A stretch of 64,000 nt of DNA from Sulfurovaceae bacterium (GTDB taxonomy: Bacteria > Campylobacterota > Campylobacteria > Campylobacterales > Sulfurovaceae). Shown piece by piece: positions 56,843 through 64,000 of this stretch (its first letter is position 1; the number at the start of each line of letters is the position of its first letter). The notes below the pieces were generated by a model, which had not been told where the DNA came from, searched no databases, and saw only the letters and a program-made list of their open reading frames with translations. The translations under genes were made by a program, and so were the position numbers. The DNA is taken from assembly GCA_028715055.1 (NCBI GenBank), contig JAQTLE010000001.1:486382-550381 (forward strand), written 5' to 3'.

Positions 56843-59314
56843 TTAGACATTCTCCGTTAGTTTTTGGATAATTAATTTGATATTATGGCAAAAGTTTCCA
56901 TTCTTTTCGATGAGAAACATATCTCTGGTACGATTTTTGATAGTATGAATTTTTGCTGACGCTATATCTATATTCAGATTATCAAATATATCTATTATGT
57001 ATGCAAGAAGTCCTTTTTGGTTTTTTGTATGTAAATACATTGATGCGTAATGTTGTGAGTGTTCACAATTTATGTCTATTTCAGAACTTAATATCTCAGG
57101 TTTTTTTATAACAGTTTGAAGTGATGGATCAAACGAGAGCATTATAATTTCATTTATAAGAATTATATCTTCGTCTGTTACTTTTGTTGTGTAATCTATC
57201 TTGAAATATTTTAAATCATCAAATAGTTTACTTATTTCCATATTGCCTATTTCCAGATACGATAGTCTACCTAGCAAGTAACCGAGATTTATGGGTATTT
57301 GTCTCACTATTTCTAGGCTTAGATATTCTTCGTTGTGTATCCAATATCGGTATCTTTCAGTTCCAAATGCTTTTTTTGAAAGTGCTACTATTGACTCTGA
57401 CGAATAACGCAAAAAAGGCAGATTGGCCGGAATTGATAGGATTTTTTTCTGTTCGGTTTTATTTAGGCTCAAGAATTCCGGATTTTTTTGGAGAGCTTGT
57501 ATCTTTTTGATTCTTTTTGCTGTTTCATCAATGAGTTCCGTGTGTTCAAGTGCTTCAATTGCATTATCATAAAGCGTTTTCAATAGTTTGCTTGTAAATG
57601 AGCTATAAACACCATTGCCAACCCCATTTATATCAGCATAAGTAAGAATATAAAGCATATCAATTGCTTTTTTGTTTTTTAGGTGTGATACAAAATCTAA
57701 AATAGTTTTTTCATTATGCAGATCCTCTCTTTGTGCTACATTACTCATTAGAGTATGGTGCAAAATAAGAAGTTCACCCAGCTTGATCATGTTTTCTTGA
57801 AAATCCAATTTTTGAGTGAAAGACTTGAAAAGCAGTGCACCTATAACGCTGTGATCTTTTTGTCGTCCTTTGCCTGTATCATGCAAAAGAGCTACAAGTT
57901 TCAATAAAGCTTTCTCATCATTATTCAATTCATCAAAAAGCGATTTTATATTATCGTCTTTGATATTTTCTAAATGATATAGGGCATTTATAGAATGAAT
58001 ATCCACAACATAATGATGATAGCCGTCAAATTGCGGCAAGTCTATTACTTTTTTGAATGGCGGAAGCAAGAATCCTAAAAGTCTGGCTTGGGACAAAGAT
58101 CGTATAATAGGATAAGCATTTGCGGTATAAAATATTTTTTTTATATTTTCTAGTATGGTTTTTGATAAACTTGATGGTTGTTTGCAGCGTACCAATGCAC
58201 CTATAAGCAATGGATTTGCAGTAAAATCCGCAGCTGCATTTGCTATTAAAAACTTTAACAATGCAGACAAAGACATATTGGTTTCATCAGGCGGCAATAG
58301 CCAGCTTTTATCTTCTAATCTGACCTTTGTTTTGCTCATTTCATATATCCATAAACTACAGTACAGATCGATGATGCGCAAACTTTGTGTAACTTTTTTT
58401 GCAAATTTTATCTGTTCTTTAGAGCCGTGTTTATACCCCAAGAGTAAAGCCACTCTTGGTATGAGTTCTAATCTGAGCCTATCTTCTTTTTTGTGAGAGA
58501 TTAGGTGCAGGGCAGCGCGAACACGAAATAAAAATTCAAGAGCAATCCTAAAAATACGATATTCATTTTCATCAACTATATAGCTTGGAAGCTGTTTTAT
58601 GTTGTCAGTATTGTAAAGTACTTTCCCGATCCAATATACAAGATTTGCATCACGAAAACCTCCGACACCATCTTTGATATTTGGTTCCATTGTGAGTGGA
58701 AAGCTCAGATGTTTTGCTTTTTGCTCTTCTATTTTGAGACGTATAAATTCTTCAGGATTATCATGCCTTATTGCATTAAGTATATTTTGTGTTTCAGTCC
58801 AAATAGATTTCGAGCCTTCTATAAATCTAGATTCCAAAAGTGCGGTTTTGATCGTGATATCGGTTTTAGATACTTCCAAAAGTTCTTTAGTTGTATGCAC
58901 GCGGTGTCCTAGCTTAATGCCTGTATCCCATAATATATAGAGCATTTTTTCTATAAGAAATTTGATATTGTAGCCTTCTATTTCTTCATAGACTATCATT
59001 AGGTCAATATCGCTATATACGCATAGTTGCTCTCTGCCATAGCTACCAAGTGCAATCAGTGCTATAGGAATAGAATGCTTCATAGGCATATAAGAGTCAA
59101 ATGCTTCACGCATACTCGCTTGATAAATAATCTGCAGTATACCGTCTATATGTTTAGTGTGTTGAACTAGAAAATCTTTACCGCTGCTTTTTTGAAAACG
59201 TTTTTCTAGGGTGCCAAAATAACTATCAAGGTTTTTTTTGATGACTTTTGCTATTTCAAAACTTGTAGCATTATTATATAAAAGTTCCTCAATCTGTTCT
59301 TTGGCTTTGTCCAC
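56843..59314 (-). CDS. glnD: [protein-PII] uridylyltransferase / uridylyl-removing enzyme
   Basis: 823 aa. Nucleotidyltransferase domain (GSYGREQLCVYSDIDL), HD domain (LLHDTGKG) and two C-terminal ACT-like domains. Confidence 0.88.
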   Translation of the reverse strand: MDKAKEQIEELLYNNATSFEIAKVIKKNLDSYFGTLEKRFQKSSGKDFLVQHTKHIDGILQIIYQASMREAFDSYMPMKHSIPIALIALGSYGREQLCVYSDIDLMIVYEEIEGYNIKFLIEKMLYILWDTGIKLGHRVHTTKELLEVSKTDITIKTALLESRFIEGSKSIWTETQNILNAIRHDNPEEFIRLKIEEQKAKHLSFPLTMEPNIKDGVGGFRDANLVYWIGKVLYNTDNIKQLPSYIVDENEYRIFRIALEFLFRVRAALHLISHKKEDRLRLELIPRVALLLGYKHGSKEQIKFAKKVTQSLRIIDLYCSLWIYEMSKTKVRLEDKSWLLPPDETNMSLSALLKFLIANAAADFTANPLLIGALVRCKQPSSLSKTILENIKKIFYTANAYPIIRSLSQARLLGFLLPPFKKVIDLPQFDGYHHYVVDIHSINALYHLENIKDDNIKSLFDELNNDEKALLKLVALLHDTGKGRQKDHSVIGALLFKSFTQKLDFQENMIKLGELLILHHTLMSNVAQREDLHNEKTILDFVSHLKNKKAIDMLYILTYADINGVGNGVYSSFTSKLLKTLYDNAIEALEHTELIDETAKRIKKIQALQKNPEFLSLNKTEQKKILSIPANLPFLRYSSESIVALSKKAFGTERYRYWIHNEEYLSLEIVRQIPINLGYLLGRLSYLEIGNMEISKLFDDLKYFKIDYTTKVTDEDIILINEIIMLSFDPSLQTVIKKPEILSSEIDINCEHSQHYASMYLHTKNQKGLLAYIIDIFDNLNIDIASAKIHTIKNRTRDMFLIEKNGNFCHNIKLIIQKLTENV

Positions 59315-59353
59315 ACTTATTCCTGATATTGAATTTGACTCCTAAACTTATAT

Positions 59354-59362
59354 TGGTATAAT
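59354..59362 (+). promoter_or_regulatory. extended -10 promoter element (TGgTATAAT) for mqnE
   Basis: Perfect TGnTATAAT 37 nt upstream of the ATG at 59399. Confidence 0.4.
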
Positions 59363-59398
59363 AGCAAAAAATTACAATGAATTGCAGTGGATGAGAAT

Positions 59399-60463
59399 AT
59401 GGATTTGATACAAAAAATAGAACGAGGCGAAAGATTAGATTTTGATGAGGCTGTCAAACTTTACGATCTAGATCTTAATATTCTCGGGACGCTTGCAGAT
59501 GCCATACGCACAGAAAAATTTGGCAAGAAGAGCTATTTCAACATCAACAGACATATCAATCCTACAAATATTTGTGCGGATATCTGTAAATTTTGCGCAT
59601 ACAGCGCAAGTAGAAAAAATCCAAACCCATATGCAATGAGTCACGAGGAGATGCTAGAAATCGCTAAAAACTCTTATGCTAATGGAGCAAAAGAGGTACA
59701 TATAGTCTCAGCTCACAATCCGGATGTTGGGCTTGATTGGTATATGGGCGGATTTAGAAAGATCAAAGATGCTTTACCTGATATTCACGTTAAAGCCCTC
59801 ACTGCAGCAGAAGTCGACTTTCTAGCCCGTCAATATGACAAAAGCTATGATGAGATAATCGATATGATGATAGCTAACGGCGTGGACAGTATGCCAGGAG
59901 GAGGAGCCGAGATATTCGATGAAGAAGTTCGTGAATATCTATGTAAAGGCAAGGTAAGTTCAGCCGGTTGGCTGGAGATTCATCGCAAATGGCACGAAAG
60001 AGGGCGCCAGAGCAATGCTACTATGCTTTTCGGGCATGTAGAGAGCAGGGCACATCGCATAGACCATATGCTTCGCTTGCGCGATCTGCAAGACATTACA
60101 GGCGGGTTCAATGCTTTCATTCCGTTAGTCTATCAAAAAGAGAATAATTTTTTGCGTGTTGAAAATTATCCGACAGCTCATGAGATATTAAAAACTTATG
60201 CCATTAGCCGCATACTGCTAGATAATATCCCTCATATCAAAGCTTATTGGGTGACATCATCTATCAATCTAGCTCTCATAGCTCAAGAATACGGAGCAGA
60301 CGACTTGGATGGTACTATAGAGAAAGAATCTATCCAGTCAGCTGCAGGGGCAAAGAGCAGCCATGGCATGAAACTAGAAGAGTTCGTAGGGCTTATTAAA
60401 AATGCCGGTTTTGTTCCAGTAGAAAGAGATAGCCTGTATAATGAAATAAAAGTATGGAATTAA
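59399..60463 (+). CDS. mqnE: aminodeoxyfutalosine synthase (radical SAM; MqnE, less likely MqnC)
   Basis: Radical-SAM CADICKFCAY in the context FNINRHINPTNIC. The track ORF starts at GTG 59387. ATG 59399 is preferred because it gives MDLIQKIERGERL. Confidence 0.75.
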   Translation: MDLIQKIERGERLDFDEAVKLYDLDLNILGTLADAIRTEKFGKKSYFNINRHINPTNICADICKFCAYSASRKNPNPYAMSHEEMLEIAKNSYANGAKEVHIVSAHNPDVGLDWYMGGFRKIKDALPDIHVKALTAAEVDFLARQYDKSYDEIIDMMIANGVDSMPGGGAEIFDEEVREYLCKGKVSSAGWLEIHRKWHERGRQSNATMLFGHVESRAHRIDHMLRLRDLQDITGGFNAFIPLVYQKENNFLRVENYPTAHEILKTYAISRILLDNIPHIKAYWVTSSINLALIAQEYGADDLDGTIEKESIQSAAGAKSSHGMKLEEFVGLIKNAGFVPVERDSLYNEIKVWN

Positions 60464-60474
60464 AGGAATAAACA

Positions 60475-60918
60475 ATGACCAAATATTACTACCCATATTC
60501 AGAATTTATAGTTGATCTCAAGGCATTGACAGCCAAGATTGACATTAAGCCGGACACCATATTGGCTATCGCAAGAGGTGGATTGACTATCGGGCATTTT
60601 TTGGGAGAATATTATAATATCAGAGAAGTTTATGCTATTAATACCATAGGTTACGAGGATACACGAAAACTAGATGAGGTTGAGGTATTTAATATACCTG
60701 ATTTGCGACATGCAAAAAATGTATTGATAGTTGATGATATTGTTGATAGCGGTGATACATTGGCCATAATATTGAAAACATTACATGAAAAATTTCCACA
60801 AGTTGCATTTCATACAGCTTCATTATTCTACAAATCAACATCTCCATTTAAGCCAAATTGGTATGCCAAGGAGGCTACCGCTTGGATAGAATTTTTTTGG
60901 ACCAAGGATTTGTCTTAA
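60475..60918 (+). CDS. purine (xanthine-guanine type) phosphoribosyltransferase
   Basis: PRPP-binding motif VLIVDDIVDSGDT. 147 aa. Confidence 0.8.
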   Translation: MTKYYYPYSEFIVDLKALTAKIDIKPDTILAIARGGLTIGHFLGEYYNIREVYAINTIGYEDTRKLDEVEVFNIPDLRHAKNVLIVDDIVDSGDTLAIILKTLHEKFPQVAFHTASLFYKSTSPFKPNWYAKEATAWIEFFWTKDLS

Positions 60919-60978
60919 CTCAAATTCTATACAACAAAGTGTATAATACACCTAATTTAAACCAACAAAGAGTCTACA

Positions 60979-61548
60979 ATGGTACTTATGATTGACAACT
61001 ATGATAGCTTTACTTATAATATTGTTCAATATTGTCGTGAATTAGGGGCAGATCTTAAGATTATTCGCAATGATGAGATGACAATAGAAGAGATAAAAGC
61101 ACTTAACCCTGAAAAGATTATATTATCACCTGGCCCTGCTACTCCTGATGAGGCAGGAGTTACACTTGATGTCATCAGAGAATTTGGCGATACGACCCCG
61201 ATATTCGGTATTTGTTTGGGGCACCAAAGCATAGCCCAAGCATATGGAGCCGAAGTAATTAGAGCTTCGCATATGATGCATGGCAAGACATCACAGATAA
61301 TAGTCGATAAACCAACAGTAATTTTTCAGGATTTGCCAAATGAATTTCTGGCAACCAGATATCATTCTCTTATTGTTCGTCCGGAAAACCTGCCATCAAT
61401 TGTCATACCAACTGCTCATAGCAAAGATGATGGAGAGATCATGGCTCTTGAGATCAAGGGCAAACCGATATATGGCGTTCAGTTTCATCCCGAATCCATC
61501 ATGAGCGAATACGGGCACGAGATGCTTGCTAATTTCTTGAATTTATGA
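60979..61548 (+). CDS. pabA: anthranilate/aminodeoxychorismate synthase glutamine amidotransferase component II
   Basis: IDNYDSFTYN, catalytic GICLGHQ and QFHPES triad motifs. Confidence 0.9.
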   Translation: MVLMIDNYDSFTYNIVQYCRELGADLKIIRNDEMTIEEIKALNPEKIILSPGPATPDEAGVTLDVIREFGDTTPIFGICLGHQSIAQAYGAEVIRASHMMHGKTSQIIVDKPTVIFQDLPNEFLATRYHSLIVRPENLPSIVIPTAHSKDDGEIMALEIKGKPIYGVQFHPESIMSEYGHEMLANFLNL

Positions 61549-62630
61549 GATCATTTTTTTATAGCACTATATTTTTATTATATTTTTCAATTGTTATATA
61601 TTTAGCAGCCGTTATTCCTATTTCACCAAATGAAGCAACATCTTTTTACACATCCAGTGATCTAGTATCAATATTGATGCACTGGGGAAATAATTTGATC
61701 GGCGGCCTCATTGGCTTGAGATTTGTTTTTTTGATGTCCGGATTCATATCTATCTTGTTATTTTATGTGTTAGCAAATGATATGCTTGGCGACAAAAAAG
61801 ACGCATTGTTTGCCACAACTATATTTGCTATGCTGCCAGGCATTATAACAGCCAGCATATTGGCCAATATAGCTATACTGGTTCTCCCATGTCTAATTAT
61901 TTATCTTATTGCGCATTATCGAAAATGGTATATATTGGAAACACTAGCTTTGATTGCTTTGTTTTTGCTTCATGATGCATCTATAATTTTATTTACAGCC
62001 ATAGCACTTTATGGAGCTATAAATAAAGAGAAACGTACATTATTTTTGGGGTTGGCTTTTGTAGTTATTTTACTCATTTTTGATAGAGGGATCGAGATAG
62101 GCGGTATACCAAGAGGGCATTTTGTTGAGATTTTTGCTATATACGCATTTTTATTTTCTCCATTTATTTTTTTGTATTTCATGTATGTTGTTTATCATAT
62201 TTGGGTTGCAGGAAATAAAAGCATTATTTGGTATATATCTTCCATATCTTTGTTTTTTTCATTACTTCTTTCTATCAGACAACGCATTGTAATTACCGAT
62301 TTTGCACCATATTTATTAATAGGTACTATATTAATGGTTCAAGTTTATTATCAAAGTTTGAGGATTAGATTATCAACTTTTCAAAGTATATATAAACGTG
62401 GCTTATCAATTTCTTTAGCTGTTTTGATATTTATTATTTTGCTTATTATATCGCAGCAATTGATTTTCAGTGTTACAAACAGTTTAAAATTTAACTTTGC
62501 AAGTAAAGTATATGGTCCATATTTATTGTCTAAACAATTAAAAGCATCCGATATACATTGCTACAACAGTAAAAAAACAAAAGAACAATATCAATTGATG
62601 TATTATGGTATCAATCCTTGCAATAAATAA
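61545..62630 (+). CDS. hypothetical polytopic membrane protein (GT-C/ArnT-like topology, tentative)
   Basis: About 10 predicted TM helices. 4-nt overlap with the pabA stop. I recognise no catalytic motif. Confidence 0.6.
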   Translation: MRSFFYSTIFLLYFSIVIYLAAVIPISPNEATSFYTSSDLVSILMHWGNNLIGGLIGLRFVFLMSGFISILLFYVLANDMLGDKKDALFATTIFAMLPGIITASILANIAILVLPCLIIYLIAHYRKWYILETLALIALFLLHDASIILFTAIALYGAINKEKRTLFLGLAFVVILLIFDRGIEIGGIPRGHFVEIFAIYAFLFSPFIFLYFMYVVYHIWVAGNKSIIWYISSISLFFSLLLSIRQRIVITDFAPYLLIGTILMVQVYYQSLRIRLSTFQSIYKRGLSISLAVLIFIILLIISQQLIFSVTNSLKFNFASKVYGPYLLSKQLKASDIHCYNSKKTKEQYQLMYYGINPCNK

Positions 62631-62657
62631 TCTTTATTGTTTCTAAAATACACATTT

Positions 62658-62666
62658 TGGCATAAT
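62658..62666 (+). promoter_or_regulatory. extended -10 element (TGgCATAAT) upstream of aclB
   Basis: TGnCATAAT 84 nt upstream of the ATG. A second candidate, TGgTAAGAT, lies at 62711-62719. AAAGGAG Shine-Dalgarno at 62737-62743. Confidence 0.3.
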
Positions 62667-62749
62667 CACGATTTTCAATCGCATTTGCAAAAAAAGTTAA
62701 AACATTATCATGGTAAGATATATAACCAACTCATAAAAAGGAGAACTCA

Positions 62750-64000
62750 ATGGCTCAAAAAGCGATTAGAGAGTATGATGCTAAAACAATTTTAGCTAAA
62801 CATTGGAATAAGTATTTTCCAGATTTTACTTATGCCTATGAAACCGTAATGGTTCAAAATGGTGCAGAACTTAAAAGTGCTGCTTTGGAAAAAGCATGGC
62901 TTGCAAACAAACCGTTAGTTGCTAAACCGGATATGCTATTTGGCAAAAGAGGTAAAAACGGTTTGGTTTTATTTAGAGATGCTAAGCCCGGCGATGTTAG
63001 CTTGGAAAAAGCCGCAAGCTGGATCGATGAAAAATCAAGCTCAAAACAAAATGTATATTTTTCATTTCATGGAGACACTCCGGATGGAGAAGCAAAAACT
63101 GACTTTTTGACCCATTTTATTGTCGAGCCGTTTACTCCGCATGAGCAAGCTGAAGAGTACTACATCAGTGCAACTTGCGTTGGCGATGATGATGTTCTTT
63201 ATATGTCAGCTGAAGGCGGTATGGAAGTAGAAGAAAATTGGGATAAGGTTACAGAAGTAACATTTGCAATCACAGATACCGAAGAAGAAATAGAAGCAAA
63301 AATCAGAGCGAATATTCCTAAAGATGTTGCAGACAAAGATAAAGAAGGATTTGCTAAATTTGCTATAGGTTTCTTTAAAGCTTATAGAGAGCTAAACTTT
63401 GCTTATCTCGAAATCAATCCTTTTGTTATGCAAGGCAGCAGAATAGAACTTCTTGATATGGTTGCAAAACTAGATGATACTGCCGGATTTATGATGGTAG
63501 AGCAATGGGGTGATATTGAATACCCAACTTCTTTTGGCATGGAAGAGAAATCTCCTGAAGTTATGGCTATCGAAGAAGCTGATAGCAAATCTGGAGCTTC
63601 ATTGAAACTTACAGTTCTTAAACCTGAGGCTAGAATCTGGACAATGGTAGCTGGCGGTGGCGCATCAGTTGTTTATGCAGATACTATTGCAGACCTTGCA
63701 GGCATCGAAGATTTGGCAAACTATGGCGAATATAGCGGTGGTCCAACAACCGGTGAGACACAATTTTATGCAGAAACATTGCTCGATCTTATGACAAGAA
63801 CCAAAGATCCTAAAGGTAGAAATAAAGTTCTTATCATTGGTGGAGCTATTGCAAACTTTACAGATGTTGCAAAAACTTTCACAGGTATCATTTTAGCATT
63901 TGAAAAATATGCCGAGAAAATGAAAGATGTTGGCGTTAAAATTTATGTCAGAAGAGGCGGACCAAACTATGAAAAAGGTCTTAAAGATATCAAAGAGGCA
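62750..64000 (+). CDS. aclB: ATP-citrate lyase beta subunit (ATP-grasp/CoA-ligase part); the 3' end runs off the window
   Basis: Absent from the ORF track because it is truncated. Open frame of 417 codons from ATG 62750 to the window end. Translation MAQKAIREYDAKTILAKHW...LVAKPDMLFGKRGKNGLV...GGGASVVYADT...GGAIANFTDVAKTF matches ACL/succinyl-CoA-synthetase-beta-like architecture. Confidence 0.88.
   Translation, partial: MAQKAIREYDAKTILAKHWNKYFPDFTYAYETVMVQNGAELKSAALEKAWLANKPLVAKPDMLFGKRGKNGLVLFRDAKPGDVSLEKAASWIDEKSSSKQNVYFSFHGDTPDGEAKTDFLTHFIVEPFTPHEQAEEYYISATCVGDDDVLYMSAEGGMEVEENWDKVTEVTFAITDTEEEIEAKIRANIPKDVADKDKEGFAKFAIGFFKAYRELNFAYLEINPFVMQGSRIELLDMVAKLDDTAGFMMVEQWGDIEYPTSFGMEEKSPEVMAIEEADSKSGASLKLTVLKPEARIWTMVAGGGASVVYADTIADLAGIEDLANYGEYSGGPTTGETQFYAETLLDLMTRTKDPKGRNKVLIIGGAIANFTDVAKTFTGIILAFEKYAEKMKDVGVKIYVRRGGPNYEKGLKDIKEA

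Noticed and set aside
56843-56900. glmS ribozyme or other leader upstream of glmS.
   Set aside because: The glmS start abuts the glnD stop with no spacer, so there is no room for a cis-regulatory RNA.

Overview
This 64-kb window is a densely coding, AT-rich chromosomal segment. Its gene content and synteny look like Campylobacterota (epsilonproteobacteria). The supporting markers are the pyrD / M16 protease / dapA / SDR block, an HP1021-type orphan regulator next to a fused ispDF, the futalosine-pathway gene mqnE, carboxynorspermidine dehydrogenase, a small RecO, and a MurF with a membrane N-terminus. The 3' end of the window carries ATP-citrate lyase beta subunit (aclB). That implies a reverse-TCA chemolithoautotroph of the Sulfurimonas type, but this is inference and not a database hit. 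I call 64 protein genes, two of them truncated by the window edges and absent from the ORF track: pgsA at 1-542 and aclB at 62750-64000. I also call one tRNA-Met(CAT) and a handful of promoter, terminator and repeat elements read directly from the sequence. Nearly everything is housekeeping: cell envelope, GOGAT/GlnD nitrogen assimilation, thiamine, polyamine, isoprenoid and tRNA/rRNA modification. Many start/stop overlaps of 1 to 23 nt indicate long operons. I saw no CRISPR array, transposase, integrase, prophage, recognisable defence or toxin-antitoxin system, secondary-metabolite cluster or long homopolymer phase-variation tract. I therefore do not think this window holds a large novel system. 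The leads worth a second look are modest. (1) An ATP-sulfurylase-like protein has substitutions in both catalytic signatures. (2) A co-directional Spy/CpxP-like gene, response regulator and histidine kinase form an apparent envelope-stress module with TTAAGAA direct repeats upstream. (3) The recO frame continues through conserved-looking codons upstream of any canonical start, with a Shine-Dalgarno placed in front of an ATC. (4) GC-rich structured islands flank apbC in inverted orientation. (5) A rimB-like gene, rimK and a small acidic ORF sit next to an M42 peptidase. (6) thiC has no recognisable TPP riboswitch.
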